The notes below the pieces were generated by a model. It was not told the origin of the DNA, did not search any database, and saw only the letters and a program-made list of their open reading frames with translations. A stretch of 34,378 nt of DNA, taken from Candidatus Eiseniibacteriota bacterium (GTDB taxonomy: Bacteria > Eisenbacteria > RBG-16-71-46 > SZUA-252). The first letter of the stretch is position 1, and each line of letters begins with the position of its first letter. Positions 9,572 through 19,429 of this stretch are shown piece by piece. The stretch spans positions 1 to 34,378 of the forward strand of contig JANMQV010000105.1 of the NCBI GenBank assembly GCA_031370645.1, in the 5' to 3' direction. A program made the position numbers and the translations under genes.

Positions 9572-9771
9572 GGGGCTCCGATCGTCGGGGTTATGAAACG
9601 GCGGGATCTCGGAACAGCAGATCCTCTCTACGAAGTATCGGCGCTGGGACGCCATACGACCAGCGAAATAGCCCTCCCAGGCTACTCTGCACTCCCTGAT
9701 GGGATTAGACGCGTCCGTACGGGCTCCGGAACCTCCAAGCGGCCCCCACCCGGTGCGGTCGAGGCGCCGGG

Positions 9772-10395
9772 CTAGTTTCGCGCGGCGAGGTCGAGCGTGA
9801 TGGGAACCGGGTAGCGAATCGGCCCGAGCGACGTCTCGATGGTCGGCGTGAGCCGGAGTACGACCCTCTTCGTCGTCGTCCGCTGCCCCGAGAGGACGAC
9901 TGCGGTGTCGAAGAGGACCCGGCCGTCGTTCCCGAACAGATCGACGAGATTGAAGCGCACATCGATCGGTACGTCGCGCACCTCACCCGGCGGGAAGACG
10001 TACTCCCCCGCCATTTGCCCGGACATGACCGACCGGTCGTCCACGAAGTAGGCCCAGTCGAGCCGCATCATGCGGGCGGTCGTATTGTTCGAGGCGGGGT
10101 TCTGCCCTTCCAAGTGGACCGTGATATCCAGCGGCACATCCTTCGACGCGATCGCCAGCGCGAGCCGTCCGACGTCGACGATGGAGAGATCCTCGTATCG
10201 CATGACGCGGGTCAGCGGGAGACCGGCGATGGCGGGATCCGAAATGCGATCGTAGCGGAAGTCGACCTGACGAAGCGCGATCGCTTCCCTGAGGCCCGCG
10301 CAGCCCGCGATGCCGCCGATTGCCACGATCGAGAGGATCGCGAGCAAGAGGAGTCGCGGCGCCCGCGGCGCATGGTTCTTTCGATCTCGGTGCAT
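9772..10395 (-). CDS. Lipoprotein, LEA_2/WHy-like beta-sandwich
   Basis: ATG at 10395 after GGAGG; lipobox IAGC; HLEGQNP...ARMMRLDWAYFVDD...VFPPGEVRDVPIDV pattern. Confidence 0.7.
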   Translation of the reverse strand: MHRDRKNHAPRAPRLLLLAILSIVAIGGIAGCAGLREAIALRQVDFRYDRISDPAIAGLPLTRVMRYEDLSIVDVGRLALAIASKDVPLDITVHLEGQNPASNNTTARMMRLDWAYFVDDRSVMSGQMAGEYVFPPGEVRDVPIDVRFNLVDLFGNDGRVLFDTAVVLSGQRTTTKRVVLRLTPTIETSLGPIRYPVPITLDLAARN

Positions 10396-10478
10396 GAAAT
10401 CCTCCCTGGTGGTGGCCTTCCTGGATGCGGAGGATAGCACTCGCCCGCGCCCTCCGTCTTGGGGCATACTCCCCGCCC

Positions 10479-11375
10479 ATGAACGCCATCGAAGTCGTGG
10501 GGCTCCGGAAATCGTACGGGACTCTCACCGCCGTCGACGACCTCTCCTTCACCGTCGCGCAGGGCGAGACGTTCGGGCTCCTGGGACCGAACGGCGCCGG
10601 CAAGACGACGACGATCGGCATGATCGTCGGCGCCCTGAGCCCCGACGCGGGGAAGGTGACGGTGGACGGCGAATCGGACCCGACGCGTCCCGCCATTCGC
10701 CTGCGGATCGGCGTCGCACCCCAAGCGCTCGCGCTTTACCAAGACCTCACGGCCGAGGAGAATCTCGCCTTCTTCGGCTCGCTTTACGGACTCTCGGGCG
10801 CGCGCCTGGCCGAGCGCGTTCAGTGGGCCCTCGATTTCTCCGGGCTCGCGGACCGGAAGCGTGACCGCGTTTCCGGCTACAGCGGCGGGATGCAGCGGCG
10901 GCTCAATCTCGTCTGCGGCCTGCTCCACGATCCCCCGGTCATCCTCCTCGACGAACCGACGGTCGGCGTCGATCCCCAATCGAGGAACGCCATCTTCGAC
11001 TCGATCGAGAGGCTGAAGCGCGAGGGGCGAACCATTCTCTACACGACGCACTACATGGAGGAGGCCGAGAGGCTCTGCGACCGCGTCGCGATCATGGACC
11101 ATGGGAAGATCCTCGCGATCGACTCGGTCGAGGCCCTGCTTCGGGCGCACGGCGGGCCTCCCACCGTGGAAATCGAATTCCCCGAGCGCCCCGCGTCGCT
11201 CGACGCGTTGGGCGGCTCCTGGGAGGGCCTCCGCTGGCGCGTGCAGAGCGAGCGTCCGGTCGAAATCCTCCAGCAGGCCATGGGCGCGGGACGCCCCTTC
11301 AGCCATGTGTCGATCGAGCGGTCCACGCTGGAGGATGTCTTCCTTCGTCTTACCGGCAGACTTCTCCGGGACTGA
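10479..11375 (+). CDS. ABC-2 type exporter ATP-binding subunit
   Basis: Walker A GPNGAGKT, YSGGMQRR signature, LLDEPTVGVD, TTHYMEEAE. Domain starts at MNAIEV (ATG 10479). Confidence 0.95.
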   Translation: MNAIEVVGLRKSYGTLTAVDDLSFTVAQGETFGLLGPNGAGKTTTIGMIVGALSPDAGKVTVDGESDPTRPAIRLRIGVAPQALALYQDLTAEENLAFFGSLYGLSGARLAERVQWALDFSGLADRKRDRVSGYSGGMQRRLNLVCGLLHDPPVILLDEPTVGVDPQSRNAIFDSIERLKREGRTILYTTHYMEEAERLCDRVAIMDHGKILAIDSVEALLRAHGGPPTVEIEFPERPASLDALGGSWEGLRWRVQSERPVEILQQAMGAGRPFSHVSIERSTLEDVFLRLTGRLLRD

Positions 11376-11390
11376 GGGGACCGAACGCGC

Positions 11391-12683
11391 ATGAACGCCA
11401 TCCTCGCCATCGCATTCAAGGACCTCCGGCTCCTCCTTCGCGACAAGGCCGATCTCTTCTGGGTGCTCGGCTTCCCGATCCTGATCGCTTTCTTCTTCGG
11501 CTCGATCGGCGGCGGCGGCGGAAAGCGCGCGGTCATGCCGGTCGCGATCGTGGATCAAGACCGTACGCCCTACTCCCAAGCCATCGTGAAACAGTTGATG
11601 TCGTCGGATGCGCTTCGCGCGCAGGAGGCCCCGCTCGATTCGGCTCGGCTTTTGGTCCGACGCGGTGACCTGGTCGGCTATGTCGCCCTCCTTCCGGGGA
11701 CGGGCGAGAGCTTTGGCTTCGGGGGGGACAGCACGAGCGGCATCGAGATCGGCGTGGATCCGCGGAGAACGGCGGAGCGCGAGTACCTCCGCGGCCTTGT
11801 GACCGCCGCGATTTTTCAATCGATGCGCGGCTCGTTTGCCGCCGGCGGCGGCGGCCGCGACATGGTCCAGCGAAGCCTCGAGAAATTGCGGAACAATCCT
11901 ACCGTCGATCCCGACCTTCGCGGCCGGCAGAGCAACCTGCTCCAGTCACTCGACCGCTTCATGAGCGCGCTCGACTCGAGTTCCACCGCGGCAGTCGCCG
12001 GCACGGCGACCGGCGATTCGGCGGGTGGCGGCGCAGGCGGTCCCAACCTCCGTGTCGTCGAGATTGCCGAGGCAGATACGGGACCGCGGACCGCCTATGA
12101 GGTGACGTTTCCCTCCTCGGTCGCGTGGGCGCTGATCGGAGTCTGCATGTCGTTCGCCGTCTCCATCGTCTACGAACGGATCACGGGAACGTTTCTCCGC
12201 CTTCGGCTCGCTCCGATCAGTCGGGCGCAGGTCCTCGCGGGGAAAGGGCTCGCCGCGTTCCTGGCGTCGCTCGTGGCCGTGAGTCTCGTGCTCCTCCTCG
12301 GCATCACGCTCTTTCAAATTCGCGTTCCGAATCCTCTTCTTCTGACCGTGGCGATCGCCTCCTCGGCGTTCTGCTTCACCGGCGTCATGATGGTCGTGGC
12401 CACCCTCGGAAAGACGCCGGCCAGCGTGGCGGGCGCCGGATGGGCGATCATGATGGTCATGTCGATGACGGGGGGAGGGATGGTGCCGCTGATCGCCATG
12501 CCGGAGTGGATGCAGCGGATCAGCAATTTCAGCCTGGTGAAGTACGCGGTGCTCTCGATCGAGGGCGCCGTCTGGCGAGGCTTCGGCTGGAACGAGATGC
12601 TCCCGGTCCTGAGCGTGCTCCTGATTTCGGGATTCGCGGGCGTCGCGATCGGGACTCGCGTCCTCGAGTCGCGCGACCACTAG
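11391..12683 (+). CDS. ABC-2 type exporter permease
   Basis: AIAFKDLRLLLRDK N-terminus, large extracytoplasmic loop, SIVYERITGTFLRLRLAPISR, GGGMVPLIAMPEWMQ. Confidence 0.92.
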   Translation: MNAILAIAFKDLRLLLRDKADLFWVLGFPILIAFFFGSIGGGGGKRAVMPVAIVDQDRTPYSQAIVKQLMSSDALRAQEAPLDSARLLVRRGDLVGYVALLPGTGESFGFGGDSTSGIEIGVDPRRTAEREYLRGLVTAAIFQSMRGSFAAGGGGRDMVQRSLEKLRNNPTVDPDLRGRQSNLLQSLDRFMSALDSSSTAAVAGTATGDSAGGGAGGPNLRVVEIAEADTGPRTAYEVTFPSSVAWALIGVCMSFAVSIVYERITGTFLRLRLAPISRAQVLAGKGLAAFLASLVAVSLVLLLGITLFQIRVPNPLLLTVAIASSAFCFTGVMMVVATLGKTPASVAGAGWAIMMVMSMTGGGMVPLIAMPEWMQRISNFSLVKYAVLSIEGAVWRGFGWNEMLPVLSVLLISGFAGVAIGTRVLESRDH

Positions 12684-12698
12684 ATCCTACCGCCGCGG

Positions 12699-13322
12699 CT
12701 AGGCCGCCACGCTCGCCCGCAATCCGAGCCCTGCCGCCGCGCTCACGTCGAACCACACATCGCGGCCGTCATCGCACGCCAGCGCGTCGTAGGCCCGCCC
12801 GTTTCGGTAGGCAACCTGGTGGGCTCGGCAGCGGAGCCCCATGCTCGCCAAGACGTCGTACTCGTCGGCGGCGCGAAGAACCAGGTACGGATGATCGGGC
12901 GAGCCGTCCCCGGTCATGAGAAGTCCGCCGAGGAGCGCCCGCCCCGTTTCCGCCTCCACCTCCGCGCGTTCCGCGTCGCCCAGTTCCCGGAAGGCCTGCG
13001 ACGCCACGAAGTGGATCCCCGGGTTCAGCAGCCAGTTCGTCATCGCCCCCGACGCCAGGGCAAGCACTTGGTGAAAGAGGCCCCGTCCGAGCAATCGATA
13101 GACGTCGGGCAGGACAGTCGACTTCGGCTCGTAGTGTCGCGAGACGAGCATCGAGTCCCGCGCGGCGAGGAAACGATCGAGCGTTCGATCGCGGAGGAAT
13201 GCGACCAAGCGCATCGACACCACCCCTTCGACTTCCACCCGGTTCCCTGTCCGCCGCTTCCTCAGAGTCATGGCGCTCGTCCTCCACGGATCGAGTCGCG
13301 GGTCCGTTCCCGCGCTCTCCAT
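12699..13322 (-). CDS. Hypothetical protein, DUF4919-like
   Basis: C-terminal LLMTGDGSPDHPYLVLRAADEYDVL...YDAL...VWFDVS resembles DUF4919. Start uncertain (13322, 13271 or later). Confidence 0.6.
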   Translation of the reverse strand: MESAGTDPRLDPWRTSAMTLRKRRTGNRVEVEGVVSMRLVAFLRDRTLDRFLAARDSMLVSRHYEPKSTVLPDVYRLLGRGLFHQVLALASGAMTNWLLNPGIHFVASQAFRELGDAERAEVEAETGRALLGGLLMTGDGSPDHPYLVLRAADEYDVLASMGLRCRAHQVAYRNGRAYDALACDDGRDVWFDVSAAAGLGLRASVAA

Positions 13323-13455
13323 GGAGAATCATCGCGCGTTTTCGGTTCGAAGCGTAACGGTGCGGTGGTGGATGGTCCTAGGTGCCCGAAGTCTCATGAC
13401 AGGTTTGGCACGTGACAAAAGTGGTCAACTTTCTCGGGTCGTCGTCACCCTCCGA

Positions 13456-16400
13456 CTAGGCGACCGGAGTCGCCTCCGCGGGAATTCCACCCTTCTCGGG
13501 AGCCGGCGCGTGCGGCTCCGCCGCGTGCTCTTCCACCGCGACGTTTCCGGTGAAGCGCGCGAGGAGCGTGTACATGACCGGGACGAGAACCATGGTCAGG
13601 AATGTCGAGAAGGCCATACCGCCGACGACCGCGATGCCGAGCGGGCGGCGCGCCTCGCCGCCGGCCCCGAGCCCGATCGCGATCGGGAGGACGCCGAAGA
13701 TGGTGGCCAGCGACGTCATGAGAATCGGACGGAGCCGGATCTTCGATGCCTCGGTCACGGCATCGACGATCGAAAGCCCTCGCGCGCGGAGCTGATTGGC
13801 GTACTCCACGATCAGAATCGAATTCTTCGTCACGAGCCCGATCAACATGATCAATCCGATCTGGCTATAGATGTTGAGACTCTGCCGGAAGATGAAGAGC
13901 GAGACGAGAGCCCCCACCACGGCGAGCGGCACGGCCAGGAGAATCGTCAGCGGATGAATGAACGATTCGAACTGCGCCGACAAGACCAGGTAGATGAAAA
14001 CGAGCGCGAAAACGAAGAGAAGATAGAGGCTCGTGCTCGAGTCCCGAAACTCGCGCGACTGCCCGCCCAATTCGTGGCGAATTCCGGCCGGCAGATCGTT
14101 CTTCGTGATCTGATCCAGCGCGTCGAGCGCCATGCCGAGCGGGAATCCCGGCGGGAGGTTCGCCGTGATGGTCGCCGACCGGACGCGGTTGTAGTGATTC
14201 AGCTCCTTCGGCGCGACCGTCTCCTTCACGCGCACGACGCTAGCCAACTGTACGAGCCCGCCGCCGCCGCGGAGGTAAATTCCCTCGATGGCGTCGGGCG
14301 TCGCCCGGCCCGACGGCTTCACCTGCGCGATGACGTCGTACTGCTTCGTCCCCCGCTTGAACGTGGAGACCGCCCGCCCCCCGAGGAACGTCTCGAGTGT
14401 CGTTCCGATGTCGGTGACGGAAACGCCCAGCTGGGCGGCCCGCTCCCGGTCGATCGAGATGTCGAGCTGCGGCTTGTTGAGGCGAAGGTCCGTGTCCAAG
14501 TTGATCAGGTAGCCGAGCGCGCCCGCCTTCTGCATGAACGCACCCACCGCCTTCTGCAGCTCGTCGTACGACTCCGCCTGGAGCACGTACTCGACCGGCG
14601 AGGACGAGAAACCTCCCCCCAGGCTCGGCGGGTTGATGACGAACGCCAGGACCCCCGGAATGCTGAAGAGCCGGGGAAAGAGCTCCTGGACGATCTGCTG
14701 CTGCGACTTCTTGCGTTCGTGCCGCGGCTTCAGGTTCAGGAAGACGAAACCGTTCGTGACTCGCCCCGGACCTCCGAAGCCCAACCCGGTGGCGGTGAAG
14801 AGCCCCTGGCGTTCCGGCAACGGGAGAAGAATCGATTCCACCTGGCGCATGTACCGGTCGGTGTATTCGAGCGTGGAACCCTCGGGCGCGATCACGATGC
14901 CGAAGGCGACTCCACGATCCTCCGTCGGGACGAGCTCCCGCGGCAGGAGGAAGAACATGGCCGCGATCACAACCGCCAGAAGCCCCGCGCCGGTGAGCGC
15001 GAGTCCGCGGTGACGGAGCGCCCCGCGCAGCGCCCGTTCGTACGAGCGATTCATGGCGTCGAAGAAGGCGTCGATCCGCATGGAGAGGGCGTTGTGTTTC
15101 TTCCCGTGCTCCGACTGGAGCATGCGCGAGCAGAGCATCGGCGTGAGCGTCAGGGCCACAAAGCCCGAGAGGAGCACGGCCACCGCGACCGTGATGCCGA
15201 ATTCGTTGAAGAGCCTTCCGACCGTGCCCGTGAGGAACGCGACCGGCACGAAGATCGCGACCAGCGCGATCGTCGTCGCGAGAATGGCGAAGCCGATCTC
15301 CTGTGAACCGTCGAACGATGCGCGCCGTCGGTCTTTCCCCATTTCCATGTGCCGGTAGACGTTTTCGAGCATGACGATGGCGTCGTCCACGACCAACCCG
15401 ATGGCAAGTACCAGCGCCAAGAGCGTCAGGATGTTGATCGTAAACCCGGCGAAATAGGCGACCGCGAAGGCGCCGATGACGGAAATCGGAATGGCGAGCG
15501 CCGGAATCAGAGTCGCGCGGGCGCTCTTCAGGAAGATGAGAATCACGAGGACCACCAGGATCATCGCGATGAAGATCGTTTCGGTGACTTGGCTGATCGA
15601 CTCGCGAATGAAGTTCGAAGAGTCGTAGGCGACGTCGAGCTTCATTCCCGCGGGAATTTGGGTGGCCAGGGCCGGAAGCGCTTTCATCACCGCCTCGCAG
15701 ACGTCGACCGTGCTCGCCTTCGACTGCTTGATGATGCCGAGCCCCACGGCCTCCTTGCCGTTCCAGCGCGCCGCGGTTCGCTCATCCTCGGCGCCGACCG
15801 TGACCTCGGCCACGTCGGAGAGGCGCACCGTCTCGGTTCCCTGCTGCTTCACGATGATGGCGCCGAACTCCTCGGCCGTCACCAGGTCGCCCCGTGTTCG
15901 GACCGAGAATTCGCGCTCCTTCCCTTCCACGCGTCCGGCGGGAATCTCGGCGTTCTCGAGGCGCACCGACTGTTCCACGTCCTGCGTCGTCAGCCCGTGC
16001 GAGGCCATCCGCTGCGGGTCGAGCCAGACGCGCATGGCGTAGCGTCGCTCGCCCCCGATGAAGACGCCTCCCACGCCCGGAAGCCGCTGAACTCGTTCTT
16101 TGAGCACGCGGTCGGCGACGTCGGAGAGTTCGAGCCCCGTGTGGTTCTCGCTCGAGAGCGCGATCCAGAGGACGGGCTGGGCGTTCGTATCGACCTTCTC
16201 CACGATCGGATCGTCCGCCTCGCGAGGCAGAGAGCCGCGGACGCGCGACACGCGGTCGCGGACGTCGTTCGTGGCTCCCTCGATGTTTCGCGACAGTTCG
16301 AACTCGATCGTGATGACCGAGCCCTGCTCGCGGCTCGAGGAGGTGAGGGTCTTCACGCCCTCGAGGGTCGCCATCTCTTCCTCGAGGATGTCGGTGATTT

Positions 16401-16584
16401 CGGTCTCGATGACGCTAGGACTCGCGCCGCGATAGAACGTGGTGATCGAGACGATCGGAGGATCGATATCGGGGTATTCGCGGACGGGCAGCCGCGAAAA
16501 CGCGATCACGCCGAAGAGCACGATCGCGAGGCTCAGCACCGTCGCGAAAACGGGGCGTTTGATCGAGAGTTCGCTCAGCTTCAT
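13456..16584 (-). CDS. RND efflux transporter permease (AcrB family)
   Basis: 1042 aa; SIKRPVFA, LPVREYP, AIGLVVDDAIVMLEN, GLVTKNSILIVE, RLRPILMT. Confidence 0.97.
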   Translation of the reverse strand: MKLSELSIKRPVFATVLSLAIVLFGVIAFSRLPVREYPDIDPPIVSITTFYRGASPSVIETEITDILEEEMATLEGVKTLTSSSREQGSVITIEFELSRNIEGATNDVRDRVSRVRGSLPREADDPIVEKVDTNAQPVLWIALSSENHTGLELSDVADRVLKERVQRLPGVGGVFIGGERRYAMRVWLDPQRMASHGLTTQDVEQSVRLENAEIPAGRVEGKEREFSVRTRGDLVTAEEFGAIIVKQQGTETVRLSDVAEVTVGAEDERTAARWNGKEAVGLGIIKQSKASTVDVCEAVMKALPALATQIPAGMKLDVAYDSSNFIRESISQVTETIFIAMILVVLVILIFLKSARATLIPALAIPISVIGAFAVAYFAGFTINILTLLALVLAIGLVVDDAIVMLENVYRHMEMGKDRRRASFDGSQEIGFAILATTIALVAIFVPVAFLTGTVGRLFNEFGITVAVAVLLSGFVALTLTPMLCSRMLQSEHGKKHNALSMRIDAFFDAMNRSYERALRGALRHRGLALTGAGLLAVVIAAMFFLLPRELVPTEDRGVAFGIVIAPEGSTLEYTDRYMRQVESILLPLPERQGLFTATGLGFGGPGRVTNGFVFLNLKPRHERKKSQQQIVQELFPRLFSIPGVLAFVINPPSLGGGFSSSPVEYVLQAESYDELQKAVGAFMQKAGALGYLINLDTDLRLNKPQLDISIDRERAAQLGVSVTDIGTTLETFLGGRAVSTFKRGTKQYDVIAQVKPSGRATPDAIEGIYLRGGGGLVQLASVVRVKETVAPKELNHYNRVRSATITANLPPGFPLGMALDALDQITKNDLPAGIRHELGGQSREFRDSSTSLYLLFVFALVFIYLVLSAQFESFIHPLTILLAVPLAVVGALVSLFIFRQSLNIYSQIGLIMLIGLVTKNSILIVEYANQLRARGLSIVDAVTEASKIRLRPILMTSLATIFGVLPIAIGLGAGGEARRPLGIAVVGGMAFSTFLTMVLVPVMYTLLARFTGNVAVEEHAAEPHAPAPEKGGIPAEATPVA

Positions 16585-17735
16585 TTCTTCTCCCCGCCCT
16601 TCGCAGCAGGCTTCGCGTCCTTCGCGCCTCCCGCGGCCGCGGCACCGCCCGGCGCGCCCGCTCCGCCCGGCGCCGCACCCGCGTCGGTCGGAATCACTTT
16701 GGCGCCCGGGAAGAGCTTCTGGTGTCCCGCGGTGACAATGCGCGCGCCGCTCGAGAGGCCCTGCACGACCTCCACCACGTCCGCCTGACGGGTGCCGAGC
16801 GTGAGCGCCGTCCGCTCCACGCTACTGTCGGCCTTCACCACGTAGACAAACGTCTGTCCGCCCTCCGAGAAGACGGCCTCGCTCGGGACGGCCAGCGCCT
16901 GCGCTCGCTCGCTCAAAATGACCGAAATGCTCGCCGACATGCCGGGCCGGAATTTCCCGCCCGGGTTCGGGACGCGCGCGATGATCTGCGCCGCGCGGGT
17001 GGCCGGGTCGAGGACGGGGCTCACGACGTCGATCCGCCCGTGGAGCTCATAGTTGGGATAGGCCGTCGTCGAGACCGAAACCTGTCTCCCCCGCTGCAAC
17101 GTGGCGAGATAGCGCTCGGGCGCCGAGAAGATGACCTTGATCTCCCGGAGCGAGGCGAGTTCCGTGATCGCGTCGCCCGCCCGGAGATAGGCTCCCGCGC
17201 TCACGCGCTTCGCCCCGACGAGTCCCGCAAAGGGAGCGGTGATCCGCGTCTTCCGAAGCCGCTCCCGCGCCAGCTGCACGTTCGCCTCGGCTACCTTCAG
17301 CGAGGCTTGCGCATCGTCGAGATCTTGAGGGGCCGCCGCCTTCTGGTCGTAGAGCGACTTCACGCGGTCGAAGGTGACGCGACTCTGGTCGCGGAGCGCC
17401 TCGGCGCGCTTTAGTTCCGCACTCGCCGTTTCGTCGTCGAGCTGCGCGAGGAGCGCGCCTTTCGCGACCGGTTGTCCTTCCCGAAACGGAAGCGCCTCCA
17501 CGCTGGCGTCAATTTCGGTCACCACGGTGATCGCCTCGCCCGCCTCGATGGTCCCCACGGCGTCGAAGCGGTCGGCCACGTTTCGCGGCGTCACGATCGC
17601 CGTCTCGACCGGCATCGGCGGCATGGAGAAACCGCCGCCCGGGCCCTTCTGGCATCCGGCGGCGAGCGTGACTCCGAGGAGCGCAACAAGGGCGCGCGCC
17701 GCGGCGCGAGCCCGATCAGGGAACAGACGGGTCAT
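16581..17735 (-). CDS. RND periplasmic adaptor (MFP) lipoprotein
   Basis: ATG at 17735 overlaps the TolC stop (ATGA), GGAG upstream; lipobox LAAGC; EGQPVAKGALL, ITAPFAGLV, FRPGMSA. The upstream extension in the track overlaps TolC. Confidence 0.93.
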   Translation of the reverse strand: MTRLFPDRARAAARALVALLGVTLAAGCQKGPGGGFSMPPMPVETAIVTPRNVADRFDAVGTIEAGEAITVVTEIDASVEALPFREGQPVAKGALLAQLDDETASAELKRAEALRDQSRVTFDRVKSLYDQKAAAPQDLDDAQASLKVAEANVQLARERLRKTRITAPFAGLVGAKRVSAGAYLRAGDAITELASLREIKVIFSAPERYLATLQRGRQVSVSTTAYPNYELHGRIDVVSPVLDPATRAAQIIARVPNPGGKFRPGMSASISVILSERAQALAVPSEAVFSEGGQTFVYVVKADSSVERTALTLGTRQADVVEVVQGLSSGARIVTAGHQKLFPGAKVIPTDAGAAPGGAGAPGGAAAAGGAKDAKPAAKGGEKK

Positions 17736-19393
17736 GGCGTGGTCTTCTCCGTTGATGTGGAGCCCGCCGCATCCTGACTCGACGTGAGCCACCGGATTTC
17801 GGCGACGGCTTTGGCGGTGCGGACGAGGGCCTGCGAGAATCGTTGCTGCGATGAAGCGACGTCGGCGCCGAGGCGGACGAGGTCGAACGAAGTCGTCTTT
17901 CCGAGACTGTATTCCAGGAGCCCGACGCGCGCCTGCTCGAGAGCCGCGTCGACCCCCATGCGGGCCGCGTCGAGACGCTTCACCGAGTGGACGAGATCGC
18001 GGTGCGCGGCGCGGACGCGTTCTTCGAGCGAGCGGCGCTCCGCCAGGTAGCGCTGTTCGGCCTGCTCCAGTTCGCCCTTCGCCTTCTGGTGCAAGCCCAT
18101 CCCCTGACGAAGTCCGATCGGGAGCGTCATGCGCGCGCCGACCGTCCAGTTCGGATAGCGGCGATCGATCGCGTCGGAAATCGCGTCGCCCCGGCCGCCC
18201 GAAACGTCGGCGACGTAGGTCGCTCCGCCGAAGGAGATGATGCGCGGCGTTCCGTTCAGGCCAACGCCTCCGATCGACCCGAAGAGATCGAGCTGAGGGT
18301 AGGCGTTCCACTTCGCCGCGTTCGCGCGCGCCCTGGCGGAAGCGGCGTCGCGTTCGTACGCGGATAGGGAGCGATTTTGCTGCATCGCGCGTCCAACGAC
18401 CGAATCCTCCGGTTCCAACGTGAACTCACGCGGCGGGTTGTCGATCGGGCGGTAGCGCGCCTGCCCCGAAGCGGGACGCCGGCCGAGAAGCGAACCGATG
18501 CGATCGGATATCTTGTCGTACTGCTCCTCCCGGTCGAGGACGGCCTGTTCCTGCTCCGAGAGGAAGACGCGCGCGTTGGCGACGACGCTCGGCCCGGCGA
18601 TTCCCGCCTTGCCGCGCTTCTCCGCTTGATCGGCGAACGCCGCCGCGCGATCGCGTAGGAGGTGTTGCACCGCGAGGTCGCGCTCGGCGGCGTAGAGATC
18701 CCAATAGGTCTGCTCCACGACCGCCCGGGTCCGCTGCACCGTGTCGTCGTAGCGCGCGCGCGCCGCTTCATAGGAGCGGACGGCCGCGCTTCGATCGCCC
18801 CACGCCCCAGGACCGAAGCCCTTCAAGAGCGGCTGGCGGAATTCGAGCGCCGCGGCCGCGTCGTATTCCGGATTCGCGCCTGAGAGCGAGGAATCCTGCT
18901 CGACGCGCACGCTCTGAAGCGAGGCCTTCAATTCGGTGCCGGTCGGAAGCGTCACGCGGGCGCCGCCCGACGCGAAGGCTTGCTTCCCCCGAATGAGACT
19001 CGCTCCGCTGAAGGGCGAAGCGGTCGGCGTATCGGTTTCGGTTCGTGAAATCTCCGCGAAGAGTTCGGGGTCGAACGCCCCCTTCTTGGAGCGCATGGCG
19101 CCGCGGGCGGCGAGGAGCGCGCCGCGCGCTTCACGCACGTCGGTCGCCTGATCCAACGCCGCGGCCTGCGCCTCCGCCAGCGTGAGGGGCGCCCCGGTGA
19201 TTTGCGAGAGGGCGATGGTGAGCGCGCTGTCGGGATTCACCTCGAGAAGGACGCCACGAGTCGCCTCGGGCAAGTCCGGTGTCGATTGCGCGCCTGAAGG
19301 GGGCGCGGGCAACGCGAAACAGAGCGCCGCCGCCGCGAAGAATGGCGCGGCCCAGCGACTCCGGTACTGCAATGATTTCGATCCTCGGGTCAC
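17732..19393 (-). CDS. TolC family outer membrane efflux protein
   Basis: GTG after GAGGAGG; signal peptide; FRQPLLKGFG, YWDLYAA, YPQLDLFGS, GARMTLPIG, YSLGKTTSFDL. Confidence 0.9.
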   Translation of the reverse strand: MTRGSKSLQYRSRWAAPFFAAAALCFALPAPPSGAQSTPDLPEATRGVLLEVNPDSALTIALSQITGAPLTLAEAQAAALDQATDVREARGALLAARGAMRSKKGAFDPELFAEISRTETDTPTASPFSGASLIRGKQAFASGGARVTLPTGTELKASLQSVRVEQDSSLSGANPEYDAAAALEFRQPLLKGFGPGAWGDRSAAVRSYEAARARYDDTVQRTRAVVEQTYWDLYAAERDLAVQHLLRDRAAAFADQAEKRGKAGIAGPSVVANARVFLSEQEQAVLDREEQYDKISDRIGSLLGRRPASGQARYRPIDNPPREFTLEPEDSVVGRAMQQNRSLSAYERDAASARARANAAKWNAYPQLDLFGSIGGVGLNGTPRIISFGGATYVADVSGGRGDAISDAIDRRYPNWTVGARMTLPIGLRQGMGLHQKAKGELEQAEQRYLAERRSLEERVRAAHRDLVHSVKRLDAARMGVDAALEQARVGLLEYSLGKTTSFDLVRLGADVASSQQRFSQALVRTAKAVAEIRWLTSSQDAAGSTSTEKTTP

Positions 19394-19429
19394 GTCCCCT
19401 CCTCGCGGCCCGGGCCCGGATTCGGACGG

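Noticed and set aside
16590-16690. GC-rich quasi-repeats at the MFP C-terminus
   Set aside because: They encode a low-complexity Ala/Gly/Pro tail, not a DNA repeat element.
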